IMG/VR virus record: IMGVR_UViG_3300020198_000887
Span: 64,001 to 128,000 of that record
Reading direction: 5' to 3' (one strand)
Source of the DNA: a virus
DNA length: 64,000 nucleotides
Shown: piece after piece, positions 42,127 to 52,381 of the stretch
Layout of the letters: each line of letters starts with the position of its first letter
Numbering within the stretch: position 1 is the first letter of the stretch
Notes under the pieces: model-generated
What the model was told of the DNA's origin: nothing
What the model saw: only the letters and a program-made list of their open reading frames with translations
Database searches by the model: none
Program-made: the position numbers and the translations under genes

Positions 42127-45100
42127 TAATTACTCCAATTTGATGAACTTAATATGGTTTGTTGTGGGATACTAGAGTTCACAGTTGTACCACTTAATGA
42201 TTTTATGTTACTTGTCGTCAATCCAGCCACAATTTCAATATCATCAACGGTCGCACCATTGACAAATAATTGGTTGTTTGCTGATTTGATTTCAAACAAG
42301 TTACCAAAGGTTAACCCAGATTGCTTTGGAACTATGACAAAATTAGAAATATTAGGCGCTACTGAATTCATTACATGGGTGGATAATTCAGAAAAATAAA
42401 ACGTATCCCCAAAATCCCAATTTTCAATTGAAAAGAAATTGGTAATAGCCGTGATTACCCGGGTTTTAATGTCATTGTCAGAAATAACCACCCCCGGAGT
42501 TTTTGTCACTTTAAATGTTGCTTGTAACTCGACATCTGCCAGTGCGCCAAATAATACTTTATAGCCTACCGTATGATATATTACTTCATCTGATATTGCT
42601 TTTATTAAATTCAATTTCGGAGATAATGTGTTATACAATTCGTCGGTACTCGGCGGCAATGGTTTTGATGTAATTGCACCGCGAACCCACTGTCTGTATG
42701 CTATATCATAATCTTTCGTTAAAACATATACATCTATTAAATTACTAACCCCTGGATCTATGCGTGATTCGTAATCAGCAGTATGTGTGTACTGGAATTT
42801 TAACCCACCCCTACCAACACATACCTTGTAATCCAATGATGCAACCAATTCACCATTTGTATATTTTTTTACTACATTGGTATCAACAAAATAAAAACAT
42901 TGCCCTTCTACTTTCTCCGAATAAGCCAATGCTTCAGATTGCTTAATTATTACTACATCTGATGAATTATCAATATATCTGTATTCTTCTTGTCCGTATG
43001 AAATTAAATATTTTTCTTGAACAATATATTTGTTTTTTAATGGTATGTTTTCATTTGGTTGAACTATTTTAATAAACAATTCAGGATCATCAACCACCCC
43101 GTTGTTGTCGCTATCAGCAAACGTAATTATTACTTTTTTAGTATCAATATATCCATCTATTCCAACATACTCAGACACAATATCCCATTTCATATCAGTA
43201 GTATATGGAAGTGTTAAATTTGGCTGATTATTAATGCTCAGTACACTTATTAAATCACGAACTAATTTGTTTTTCCGGGTGTCATAAACTTTATTATTAC
43301 TATCAAAATAAAATCTTATCTCTTTGTCGCTCTCAAATACATATCTAGATTCCCGACTGGTTACTGTATAATATTCATTGTCAGTTGTGAACAACAACAG
43401 CCAACTTGCATCTTTATGCGCATTATTTGCACTACCTTGATTACCTAGACTAAATTCACTTTTATAATCTAAATTTAATTCATACACAATCTTCCATGTT
43501 TGGGTAATTGAATCATACCGCAACCCAAATGGCTTATTTGCAAATATCAAATCTATCATACCAGATATAACATCAGAACTTATAACTGTTCTCCAAGATG
43601 GTATTATTTGACTAATTATCGGTCTTACTGGGGTTGATGGCAACGTAATATTCAATAATATCGGACCTTCACCATTAGACAACACTTTCGTCCCATTTCC
43701 GGAAACCGACACAACTTCTGCCCACAACGAACTTTCTTTCCCTATTCCAGTAGTCGTAACTAATGCATTTGAATTCAATGTGTCAAAATAATACCCAGTA
43801 GGTGCATTAAATTTCACCAATGCTCCAGATTTTATATATTTTAAATTATTATTCGTGTATTTCCCAACTTGTTGAATATCATTGTTATTATCTGTGATAT
43901 ACCCAGTTACCGATGAAGGATCACTCGTAATTGTCGCCCATTCACTTCCCAAATTATCAGTAACATTGTTAATATAATTAATATAATAAAAATTTCTTAG
44001 TTCAGTCTTCTTAATAATATTAAAAATTTTATTATATATCACACCTTCAATATCAGTTTTAGTTGCATAATTAAATGATATTGAATTCACATAAACTTCC
44101 TTATAAACAACCCCATCAGTCGCAAACAAATTTGTTGAGCTATATTTTCCGGTTGGGTCAACCAAATCAAAATATCTGCTTATACCACTCGCTGACCTGT
44201 TAACTGCTTTGACTTTTAGTACTTGCTGATTTACTGATAGTGGGCCAATATTATAATCTTCGCCAGTAATCATTCTGTTTTGGGTATAATATGTTGCAGG
44301 TGCATTTGCTTTTACACTGGCGTTTGTTTCTGCAGTGGATGCATTTGATACGGAATATGTTAAACCCAAGGTCAACGTTAATGTTTCGCGCTGGCCATAG
44401 GATGATATATATGGGATTGTAAGTGAAATATTTTTTATATCTCCTGGGTTAATAGTATATGACATTCCATTACTAATTCTATAATAAACTCTAAAATCAC
44501 CAAGAGGAATGTTCCCAAAAGTTCCATCACTAAATTGCAAACTTACAGAATCACCGGTTTTTGTAATAACACTAAAAATATTTCTTACATTTTTATTTAA
44601 ACTGTTATAGATAATGTTGTTCCCTTCTAAACTAGGTACTGGGGTCCATTCTTCCGATTCATACCCATTTTTATCCAATCTATATAACCATATATCGGTA
44701 TTGTTTATTCCCTGTGTAGTAATGTCCATCGACTCGGTGGTACTAGGTTGTGAAATGTTAAAATTACCATATTTCATCACGCCCTGTGTAAAGTTAAAAA
44801 AGAATCCGGTACGAGAACTTCCGAATCCCATCCCGTCATCACGGTATATACACGCAGGTTTGTTACCTAATTTAGGTGTTTCTTCATAGATATACGATTC
44901 ACCATTGAAAGTAGTACTAGTTACTTCAAAACTCATAGACCGACCAGACACAGTTTTTGAAAAACTATACACCGGCACATCTATGTTAGATGAATTAAAT
45001 CTATATTGTTCGGTAGGAATTCCATATATGACAGCTTTATCGGCTGGATTCCCAAATTGTTGTGTGCCTAACATCGCAGCGTTCATGACTTTAATAAATT

Positions 45101-45563
45101 GGTCGTGCCAATTTGTGTTAGAGGTAGCATTCCAACCAACTACTTGGTTCGCAACATTTCTCCCATTGCTATCAATAACGGTTTGTGATGTTTGGACACT
45201 TGTGATTTTTAACAACCCAGTAGCAGCGGCATTTCGCTTGACGTTATACCCAACTAGTCTAGCTAACCGTAATATACTTTCCCGGCGTTCTGCCAACTCT
45301 AGAAAATTTTCACGTGCGTTTAAGTCAACCCGGAATGCAATGCTTTGCCCTAGAAAAGCAATTAAATCAATAAGTGCCAAATATTCAGAACTCTCAATAT
45401 AATCATTAAAATCTTCTGGATAATTTTGTCTAATATAATCAATCATAGTTCTACGCAAATTTTCAAAATCGTAACTTTGAAAATCCGCATTTCTAAATGA
45501 CTGATAAACCTTCTTCCAATCTTCAGCTACCAATAATCTATTCTGTCTGTCTAGTGCACTCAT
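42126..45563 (-). CDS. gp6: baseplate wedge subunit (T4 gp6-like, extended)
   Basis: 'DFENLR..MIDY...EDFNDY.ESS....LIDLIAF...DLNARENFL..AERRESI.RLA..VGY', 'FSDGTFGNIP', 'QNRMITGEDY'. Confidence 0.85.
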   Translation of the reverse strand: MSALDRQNRLLVAEDWKKVYQSFRNADFQSYDFENLRRTMIDYIRQNYPEDFNDYIESSEYLALIDLIAFLGQSIAFRVDLNARENFLELAERRESILRLARLVGYNVKRNAAATGLLKITSVQTSQTVIDSNGRNVANQVVGWNATSNTNWHDQFIKVMNAAMLGTQQFGNPADKAVIYGIPTEQYRFNSSNIDVPVYSFSKTVSGRSMSFEVTSTTFNGESYIYEETPKLGNKPACIYRDDGMGFGSSRTGFFFNFTQGVMKYGNFNISQPSTTESMDITTQGINNTDIWLYRLDKNGYESEEWTPVPSLEGNNIIYNSLNKNVRNIFSVITKTGDSVSLQFSDGTFGNIPLGDFRVYYRISNGMSYTINPGDIKNISLTIPYISSYGQRETLTLTLGLTYSVSNASTAETNASVKANAPATYYTQNRMITGEDYNIGPLSVNQQVLKVKAVNRSASGISRYFDLVDPTGKYSSTNLFATDGVVYKEVYVNSISFNYATKTDIEGVIYNKIFNIIKKTELRNFYYINYINNVTDNLGSEWATITSDPSSVTGYITDNNNDIQQVGKYTNNNLKYIKSGALVKFNAPTGYYFDTLNSNALVTTTGIGKESSLWAEVVSVSGNGTKVLSNGEGPILLNITLPSTPVRPIISQIIPSWRTVISSDVISGMIDLIFANKPFGLRYDSITQTWKIVYELNLDYKSEFSLGNQGSANNAHKDASWLLLFTTDNEYYTVTSRESRYVFESDKEIRFYFDSNNKVYDTRKNKLVRDLISVLSINNQPNLTLPYTTDMKWDIVSEYVGIDGYIDTKKVIITFADSDNNGVVDDPELFIKIVQPNENIPLKNKYIVQEKYLISYGQEEYRYIDNSSDVVIIKQSEALAYSEKVEGQCFYFVDTNVVKKYTNGELVASLDYKVCVGRGGLKFQYTHTADYESRIDPGVSNLIDVYVLTKDYDIAYRQWVRGAITSKPLPPSTDELYNTLSPKLNLIKAISDEVIYHTVGYKVLFGALADVELQATFKVTKTPGVVISDNDIKTRVITAITNFFSIENWDFGDTFYFSELSTHVMNSVAPNISNFVIVPKQSGLTFGNLFEIKSANNQLFVNGATVDDIEIVAGLTTSNIKSLSGTTVNSSIPQQTILSSSNWSN

Positions 45564-45582
45564 AAGTTTGTCCTAATAAGTG

Positions 45583-45588
45583 TATTTA
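45583..45588 (-). promoter_or_regulatory. late promoter box TAAATA
   Basis: 19 nt upstream of ATG 45563. Confidence 0.55.
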
Positions 45589-45611
45589 TTGAATAAAATT
45601 ATATGTGTAGT

Positions 45612-46055
45612 TTATCTTATAGATAACCCAGCAGTTTGATCAAACTGCAATTGCATTTTTTGTGAAATATTATATTGTAAAAACCTAAGAGTACATTCAA
45701 TCCGAATACCAAATTCGTATCCAGTAACCATTACCCGTTCGGTTTGCAAACGTGGATCAGAATTCATTATTTTATTAACATTTTGAATAATTAATGCCTT
45801 TGTTTGGTCGGTTAATGGTTCAAAAATTATATCCCAAATAATCGCACCAAAGGTAGGTTGCATCAATCGTTCACCTTGTCTTATTTGAAAATGATTTAAT
45901 AAATCTTGCTTTATCAATTCAAAATCATATAATTTAAAATTTTCGGTGTTTGCATTCACTGTGCTAAACCCTTTATACATTTTAGGAACTACTTGATTTT
46001 TGACATTTGATGCTTGTAATGATATCTTATTATATAAATTTTGATTAGAACTCAT
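45612..46055 (-). CDS. gp25: baseplate wedge subunit gp25-like
   Basis: 'IKQDLLNHF..RQGERLMQPTFG..IWD.IFEP...DPR' GPW/gp25 motif. Confidence 0.9.
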   Translation of the reverse strand: MSSNQNLYNKISLQASNVKNQVVPKMYKGFSTVNANTENFKLYDFELIKQDLLNHFQIRQGERLMQPTFGAIIWDIIFEPLTDQTKALIIQNVNKIMNSDPRLQTERVMVTGYEFGIRIECTLRFLQYNISQKMQLQFDQTAGLSIR

Positions 46056-46058
46056 CTT

Positions 46059-47621
46059 CTATTCCTCTGTACCCTTAATTTTAGCAAATGTATCAGTAAT
46101 GGTTGAATATTTTTTCCACAACTCTGCCGCTGATTTCGTTGTTTCATTGGGGGAATCATCAGTAGATTGGACCGTGTCAAAGAATGGACTTTTGGTCGTG
46201 TTGTACCGCGTTTCACCATCCCGGTCAGTATTTGCACTAGAAAATCTTAGTGGATCTAAATTTTCATGGTGGGGGTACGGTTCCTGTGTTGGTATTCTTT
46301 TTAATATAGATGTATAATAAGCCGTTTCATCAACGTCTATATTACTTTTTGGCAATGCATATCGGGTTAACCGAGTTGCGCGGGCGGCGGTTGGTCCATT
46401 CATATGAATTTTACTCGCAGTTTCTTTATGTTCACCACCAGAATTTAAATGTAAATTATTTTTTGTAGTAATCTTCCCATCATTGCCAATTATTATGTTA
46501 ACATCACTCGCTGCTTCTACATGAAATGCCCCATCAGCATGCATATTAATATTTCGCGTTGCCTGAATATTCACATCACGCCCTGCAAAAAAATTAAAAT
46601 CTTGCTCAGTATGAATGCTGACAGAATCACTAGCATAAATGTCAATTTTCCCATTACTGGTCAATTCGATCCAAGATGTACCACGGCCATTTCCAATATA
46701 AATTAAATCTTCCGAATTATGTAGTAAAATTTGATGACCAGTTCGTGTCCTAAGTCTAATTAATTCATTATGTGGTATTGATATATCACCATCTGTGTCA
46801 TCTTGCTCAACTGCTGCATATGATGGCCCAGCTTCTGCCGCAGATGCTTTTCTCAGAAACTTGTCATCTCCATCATCCATTACAAAAGTTGACCCACCCA
46901 ATCTACTAACTGGTGCATTTCTAATTCTATGCTCCATTTTCCCAATTGGTCCGCGTCTTGCATTTTGTTTTTTATCCAACGGTCCTGGTGTACTAATACC
47001 AAACACCATGCTCGGTGTTTCTCGTCTGGCACTACTAGTTGTAATACCTCTGGTATCATCATATAATAATCCACTGTCATGTAATGCTACTGCAATTGGA
47101 TGATATGGTTTTTTTACTTTAGTAGGATCCATGGGTGTATTATTGACTTTTTTGTTATACTCTGATACTGGTGCCCTTGTATTTGGATCTATGTCATCTG
47201 GAATATTGGATATAAAATTAGTAGCAGCTAATCCAGGAACCATAAAATTCATATTCTCATCCTGAACACACCCTATCCAATAACCCATTTTTGGGTCCCC
47301 ATCAATGAATATAACGACAACGGTAGTACCTGGGTCTGGTGGAATCATCCACATACCATAACTTTTTTGTGTATTATTATGGTCGTCTGGAATATCCTCC
47401 CCTGCAACAGCATGCTCCACGCCAGTAACGCCATAAAATGGACTCATATACTTTACCTGATGTGTTTGTCCTTCCGATGAGGTATTACCAACTGGGCGTA
47501 ATATTTCAACTTCTAATATACCCATGTATGTTGGGTCTAAATGGCTCACTACCTTTGCTAAAAACGGCCCCGGCCTTGGACTTGATTGTGATTTTGGTAC
47601 GAAATCTTCATTATGCGCCAT
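46059..47621 (-). CDS. gp5: baseplate central spike (gp5/VgrG-like: OB-fold + beta-helix, no lysozyme domain)
   Basis: 'DPTYMG.LEV', 'PPDPGT.VVV.FIDGD...GYWIGC', 'RTRTGHQI', beta-helix repeats, 'IHMNG'. Confidence 0.8.
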   Translation of the reverse strand: MAHNEDFVPKSQSSPRPGPFLAKVVSHLDPTYMGILEVEILRPVGNTSSEGQTHQVKYMSPFYGVTGVEHAVAGEDIPDDHNNTQKSYGMWMIPPDPGTTVVVIFIDGDPKMGYWIGCVQDENMNFMVPGLAATNFISNIPDDIDPNTRAPVSEYNKKVNNTPMDPTKVKKPYHPIAVALHDSGLLYDDTRGITTSSARRETPSMVFGISTPGPLDKKQNARRGPIGKMEHRIRNAPVSRLGGSTFVMDDGDDKFLRKASAAEAGPSYAAVEQDDTDGDISIPHNELIRLRTRTGHQILLHNSEDLIYIGNGRGTSWIELTSNGKIDIYASDSVSIHTEQDFNFFAGRDVNIQATRNINMHADGAFHVEAASDVNIIIGNDGKITTKNNLHLNSGGEHKETASKIHMNGPTAARATRLTRYALPKSNIDVDETAYYTSILKRIPTQEPYPHHENLDPLRFSSANTDRDGETRYNTTKSPFFDTVQSTDDSPNETTKSAAELWKKYSTITDTFAKIKGTEE

Positions 47622-47632
47622 AAAAATCCTTG

Positions 47633-49960
47633 TTATTTAAATTTATCTGAAACAAAACTAGTCACGTCCTTTGTTAATTCACCAGCCGCATTTCCTATTG
47701 AATTTAGGGGGTCATCGGCAACGTCTTGTAAAAATCCGTTAATATTCTTTAGTCCATGTGCCAATCCTTCTTCGCCTTGTTTAATTACATTCCCTAAATT
47801 AAACAATTCATTAGGGGTTGATTCGACATCCGATTCCTGCAATGGTATTCGGTATCCTTGAATGGTTTGCGTGAATTTTCCTTGTTTAAAGTTATTAGTC
47901 ACTATAGTAACTCTATACAACCCACTCCACGACATAACCGGACTAGTTTTAGTTTGATTTTCAAAACTATATAAACCAGTTGTTTGATTTATATCAATTG
48001 GTGTTCTAAATTTAACAACTATGTGTACCTCGCCATTTTGATAATTAACACTACCATCTTCATTTATATTTGTATATTGCGTTGGTCTAGATGTATAATT
48101 CCCAAGTCCACTATGTGCTATAAAATATGGGTCCCCTAATATTTCCATATTTAATGCCATCATGTCACCTTCACGTGTTATGGCATCATGAAAATTTCTC
48201 GCTGCACGATTTGCGGCTCCTTGTATACCACCACCACCTTGACTTTCAGATTTAGATCCAACCGATATGTATTTTACAATTGTTGGGATGACACCCAATG
48301 TCATATCAATAATTTTACCAGGTAACAAAAATATGCTGCTCTTTCCGTCACTAGCCGCCCCCCCAGTTTTTTCTTGGGTTTTTACATCTTGGTTATTTTT
48401 TCCAGCATCTGCCTCCAATACATATGCAAATGAAGCAGAAAAGTCAATATCAAACCTTAATACATCAACATTTTTGCCAGTATACAAATACTCATAATGT
48501 TTTACGGTTTGTTTCAACAATGAATTTATCCCTGGTGCCTTAACATTTGCCGGGGCCATCGCACTCACATGGTGATTTGCTGGAAGAATACGGTAAACAA
48601 CAACCCTGGCTTTTTCCCCAGTGTTTTTTTGTTCTTTATCTGAAAGATCATATACTTGAACATCCACACGCCACCATTTTCTATATCCTTCTTCAGTCAT
48701 ATTTTCAGTTTTTAATGCTTCGGTTGGATATGCGCTCTGTAAGATAACTTGATTTATAGCATTTACAATATCGGTATTCTGCCTAAACCGCATATCACTA
48801 TTACTTTGGTCAACATTATTATTTCCACGAACATATAACTGACGTTTCTCATCCCATACAGCATTGTCCTTTGGGAATGGCGCATCCCCTTTTTTGGTTT
48901 CATCGAAACCCATTTTGGCTTTACCAATAAAGTTACAACTATCTACAGATTGCACTAATGTATCATTTATATCACTTCTGGAAACACCTAGTTTAGCTAC
49001 TACGTTACCATCTGTTTTTTCAACAGCGTGTGTTGCAGCATTACCAGACGCAGGCGCAGCTGCATCGGCTTTAGATGGGTCTGACGATACTTCTTCTGGG
49101 AATAATATTACAATCTCATCGGCTACCTCGACCAACCCGTCTTTTTTAAGCTGCTTATTGCGTTGATTCAATACAGCTTGCAGACTTTTTTCCCCGGTTT
49201 GTAATACTTCTTGCACGGTCACGCCATTAACAGACACATCGCTTTTAAAATTTCCATATTGTTCTGTATAGGCTTTTGTATTAGTTGGTACACCCTCACA
49301 AACATATACCGTACCTGTTTCTTTAATTTTTGACGAAATAGTGGAAAAATTGAATGGAATGTATCTAGTAGAGTTTTGAATATTAACTAATGCTCCATCT
49401 TCTTTATTACCCCTAAATTCAATCTTTAATAAAAATGGTGCTGACCGCCAATTATCATAATGAGAATCCCATGCGGCCTGTTGACAAGCAATAGGAAACA
49501 AACCCATGCTATATGGCTCAGTTATTTCAAATGTGAGTTTGGCTGTATTTGTGTTAGACCCATCAACATACCCAATTTGTGTCATGAATGATAAATTTTC
49601 AATAAAAAAATCAAACGACCCAAAAATAGTTTTTATTCTATTGTATGGGTCAGCATTTGCGGATTTGCATATTAAATTATCTAATGATGCTCCCTTAATA
49701 TACGAATCATCTGGATTGTTTAGTTGTTCTTTCGTCAGCGGTGCCAAACTCAGCACGTAGTCATACGTTGCATAACTATGTAATGGATTTGGTAGTGGCA
49801 AGTTTAGTTCTGGAACTTTTGTAAATTTTAAACCAACAGAAGATAGCATTTCCGAAAACGAGTCTACTACCCCAGATAAGCCAGTTACATTTCCTATATC
49901 TGATACCGTATTTGAAACAAATTCTACTGCATCAGTTGCTGCATCTGTCAATATACTCAT
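47633..49960 (-). CDS. baseplate hub protein (gp27 / late-control-D-like)
   Basis: Position between gp53- and gp5-like genes; C-terminal 'MEILGDP...SGLYRVT.VTNNF.QG.FTQ'. Confidence 0.65.
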   Translation of the reverse strand: MSILTDAATDAVEFVSNTVSDIGNVTGLSGVVDSFSEMLSSVGLKFTKVPELNLPLPNPLHSYATYDYVLSLAPLTKEQLNNPDDSYIKGASLDNLICKSANADPYNRIKTIFGSFDFFIENLSFMTQIGYVDGSNTNTAKLTFEITEPYSMGLFPIACQQAAWDSHYDNWRSAPFLLKIEFRGNKEDGALVNIQNSTRYIPFNFSTISSKIKETGTVYVCEGVPTNTKAYTEQYGNFKSDVSVNGVTVQEVLQTGEKSLQAVLNQRNKQLKKDGLVEVADEIVILFPEEVSSDPSKADAAAPASGNAATHAVEKTDGNVVAKLGVSRSDINDTLVQSVDSCNFIGKAKMGFDETKKGDAPFPKDNAVWDEKRQLYVRGNNNVDQSNSDMRFRQNTDIVNAINQVILQSAYPTEALKTENMTEEGYRKWWRVDVQVYDLSDKEQKNTGEKARVVVYRILPANHHVSAMAPANVKAPGINSLLKQTVKHYEYLYTGKNVDVLRFDIDFSASFAYVLEADAGKNNQDVKTQEKTGGAASDGKSSIFLLPGKIIDMTLGVIPTIVKYISVGSKSESQGGGGIQGAANRAARNFHDAITREGDMMALNMEILGDPYFIAHSGLGNYTSRPTQYTNINEDGSVNYQNGEVHIVVKFRTPIDINQTTGLYSFENQTKTSPVMSWSGLYRVTIVTNNFKQGKFTQTIQGYRIPLQESDVESTPNELFNLGNVIKQGEEGLAHGLKNINGFLQDVADDPLNSIGNAAGELTKDVTSFVSDKFK

Positions 49961-49961
49961 T

Positions 49962-50264
49962 TTAAATACCTAATACATTTCGCAACTTACTATTTTTTGG
50001 TATGTATATGCTCACCCCTGGTTTAAAATCAAATATGGGATCTTGCAAGACGTCCAAGTTTCGCTGAATAAAAACCCACCACAACCCAGGATCACCATAC
50101 AAATCATATGCTAACAAGTCGGGACGGTACTTATATTGCGCTTCAATTGCATATAAATAATCATCTGGTTCAGAACTAACCGGACGAATTTTTAATATAT
50201 CCAAGTAATCCTGTGTAATACTGGTTCTAGACCAAGGACTGTTATTGCTGTATAATGCTGCCAT
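49962..50264 (-). CDS. gp53: baseplate wedge subunit gp53-like (LysM-type)
   Basis: 'YRPDLLAYDLYGDPGLWWVF...N...DPI.DF..G..IYIP'. Confidence 0.85.
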   Translation of the reverse strand: MAALYSNNSPWSRTSITQDYLDILKIRPVSSEPDDYLYAIEAQYKYRPDLLAYDLYGDPGLWWVFIQRNLDVLQDPIFDFKPGVSIYIPKNSKLRNVLGI

Positions 50265-50266
50265 AA

Positions 50267-51265
50267 TTAAATGAATCCATATGCACCGTTTAAATACCCG
50301 CCAGTGACAAATCTATCTAAACTAAACTTTCTTACACTATCACGACTATAAACAGGTTGTAACGTAACTGTAAATTGGCTGTTAGTAGGTACATGAGCAA
50401 CCCCACCAGATGTAGTTCCACCTAATCCAAGAGAGCCGAACACCCCAGCAACCTGGCTTACACCGCCTGCCATGTTTGTTATTGAACTTGTTATCCCACT
50501 TAACCCCGCAATCGTTTGTCCGTTTGCTGTTGCTAATCCACCAATAGTACTACTTAATCCACCAAACGAATCGGCAATTCCTGCGATTTCACCAGCCATG
50601 CTACCAGATACATTGCATCCAATGTAATCACAATCGTTTGGTAGCGTTGTAGTAAACCCAGTAACCACCACCGGGATATTTTTTAAAACATAATTTCCAT
50701 ATCCATTTAAATACACAATAGGCGGTGGATTACCAGCTTTTGCATCGGCACCAGAAAACATTTTAGTCATTGAACGCAAATAATGAACTGCAGCAATCCA
50801 GTATAATGCTTGGGTAGAATCCTCCACGGGCATCGGCGCATTGATAATAATCTTCCCAGGATCACTATTTTGATACGCGTGAAAAGAATAATTAGAATGG
50901 GTTGGTGAAACAGGATTATATTTTGCCGAATGGTCAAGTTGAACTATTGGTGTATATGGGAATATCAATCCACCTGCTGCATTTAATGGGGATAGCACTG
51001 GACTAGTTCTGAAACTAGACCATTTTGGCAAACTCAATCGCACACGCCAATCATCAGAATTGGAATCACTAAATGATGCAATTGATGACATAATATCACC
51101 AATCGCTTCACCAGCTGCTGGAATATTGATACCCCGTATTGCAGAACCAAGACTATCTGCATTTGATATATTAGATATCAAATTACTAGCAGTATTTGCA
51201 GCATTACTAAACGATGTTATTGCATTACCAACATTACCCATTGTGGTTTGTAAATCTTGAGCCAT
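50267..51265 (-). CDS. tail tube initiator / baseplate subunit (gp48/gp54-like)
   Basis: Start moved to ATG 51265 (AGAGGAA RBS, TATAAATA 20 nt upstream); 'FPYTP', 'GNPPPIVYLNGYG..V..NIPVVV', 'VPT..Q.TVTLQP'. Confidence 0.65.
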   Translation of the reverse strand: MAQDLQTTMGNVGNAITSFSNAANTASNLISNISNADSLGSAIRGINIPAAGEAIGDIMSSIASFSDSNSDDWRVRLSLPKWSSFRTSPVLSPLNAAGGLIFPYTPIVQLDHSAKYNPVSPTHSNYSFHAYQNSDPGKIIINAPMPVEDSTQALYWIAAVHYLRSMTKMFSGADAKAGNPPPIVYLNGYGNYVLKNIPVVVTGFTTTLPNDCDYIGCNVSGSMAGEIAGIADSFGGLSSTIGGLATANGQTIAGLSGITSSITNMAGGVSQVAGVFGSLGLGGTTSGGVAHVPTNSQFTVTLQPVYSRDSVRKFSLDRFVTGGYLNGAYGFI

Positions 51266-51285
51266 TATTATTCCTCTGTATGCTG

Positions 51286-51293
51286 TATTTATA
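51286..51293 (-). promoter_or_regulatory. T4-type late promoter TATAAATA heading the baseplate operon
   Basis: Exact T4 late consensus on the minus strand, 20 nt upstream of ATG 51265. Confidence 0.75.
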
Positions 51294-51379
51294 TGTGGAG
51301 CGTAAACCGGTGGGAACTTTAGGCGTGTAGCAGTTGACCGATTTCGATTAAGTCCTAATATTATTTTTTGTTTAAGGAC

Positions 51380-51407
51380 TTGACAAAATTGCATTTTACG
51401 GTACAAT
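51380..51407 (+). promoter_or_regulatory. sigma70 promoter for gp55
   Basis: TTGACA -16 nt- TACAAT. Confidence 0.7.
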
Positions 51408-51429
51408 GATAGAACATAAGGACATTTTA

Positions 51430-52260
51430 ATGAGCATAAACCCAAGAAACTATCTTAACAACAAGGATTTACTTTTAGAGATTCATCGTTCAAAATCATC
51501 ATACTGTTTTTTTACAAAACCAGAATACCACCAATATGACATCATTTTACCCAGTTTGGATAAAATAAATATTCGGACAATAGCTGATGCCAAACGTTCA
51601 CACGCAAAACGATTAAGCGATGCAGAATTTATAAAAAGAAAAGCGTTAGGTGAAAAAACCAAACAAACAGATTGTGAAGTAAACTATAAAAAAATAAACA
51701 AAACTGATTTAATTTTTAGAATTATGTCATATGACCATATTCCAATCAATAACATCAGAAAGAAAAATCCAAAAAATGAAGCAGACAAAAGGGATAAAGT
51801 AAACTTTAAACCATTTCAACATTGGAAATTTGATGAGCATGATAATCTTGTTTGTGTTGGCAAAAGCCATTGGAAAGGTGATATAGAAAATGGTTTTTTT
51901 GATGCAAATGCAGGGAAAATGACTGATAATCTAGCAAAGATGATGTTAATGATGTGTGAAAGATATGCAACAAGAGGAAACGTGCGTGGCTATTCATATA
52001 ACGATGAAATGAAAGGTCAAGCAATACTACAACTTGTCAGTATCGGATTACAATTTGATGAATCAAAATCTGATAACCCATTTGCATATCTTACATCATG
52101 TGTTATTAATAGCTTTGTAAGAATCATCAATGTAGAAAAACGACATCGTGAAATCAGAGATGATATCCTAGAAATGAATGGACTGAATCCTTCCTTCACC
52201 CGCACAAATTCAGGTGATTACGAAGCAAATGAACGAAGATACTCCGACGATTACGATTAA
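51430..52260 (+). CDS. gp55: late-transcription sigma factor (T4 gp55-like)
   Basis: 'NYLNNKDLL', 'RGYSYNDEM', 'FDESKSDNPFAYLT....NSF.R.I..EK'; start at ATG 51430 behind TAAGGA. Confidence 0.9.
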   Translation: MSINPRNYLNNKDLLLEIHRSKSSYCFFTKPEYHQYDIILPSLDKINIRTIADAKRSHAKRLSDAEFIKRKALGEKTKQTDCEVNYKKINKTDLIFRIMSYDHIPINNIRKKNPKNEADKRDKVNFKPFQHWKFDEHDNLVCVGKSHWKGDIENGFFDANAGKMTDNLAKMMLMMCERYATRGNVRGYSYNDEMKGQAILQLVSIGLQFDESKSDNPFAYLTSCVINSFVRIINVEKRHREIRDDILEMNGLNPSFTRTNSGDYEANERRYSDDYD

Positions 52261-52274
52261 TCAGTTTCACCCAT

Positions 52275-52301
52275 AAAAACTGCACTACGTGCAGTTTTTT
52301 T
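52275..52301 (+). terminator. intrinsic terminator after gp55
   Basis: AAAAACTGCAC-TAC-GTGCAGTTTTTTT. Confidence 0.85.
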
Positions 52302-52323
52302 CGTTCATTAATTACTCTGGATA

Positions 52324-52352
52324 TTGACTTCACAGATTATCTGTGGTATAAT
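52324..52352 (+). promoter_or_regulatory. sigma70 promoter for gp47-gp46 with palindromic spacer
   Basis: TTGACT -17 nt- TATAAT; the spacer contains CACAGAT-T-ATCTGTG. Confidence 0.8.
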
Positions 52353-52381
52353 GGTACTATTCATATTTTGGAGATTATCTC

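Noticed and set aside
6789-50000. Many + strand ORFs (60-316 aa) antisense to the structural genes
   Set aside because: Shadow ORFs from Thr/Ser/Gly/Val codon bias of the real minus-strand genes; no RBS or recognisable motifs
51266-51445. ORF-track 5' extensions (50267-51445 to 392 aa; similarly 58712, 4255, 1416, 51406 starts)
   Set aside because: They overlap promoters or neighbouring genes; downstream ATGs have better RBS, promoter spacing or stop-start coupling
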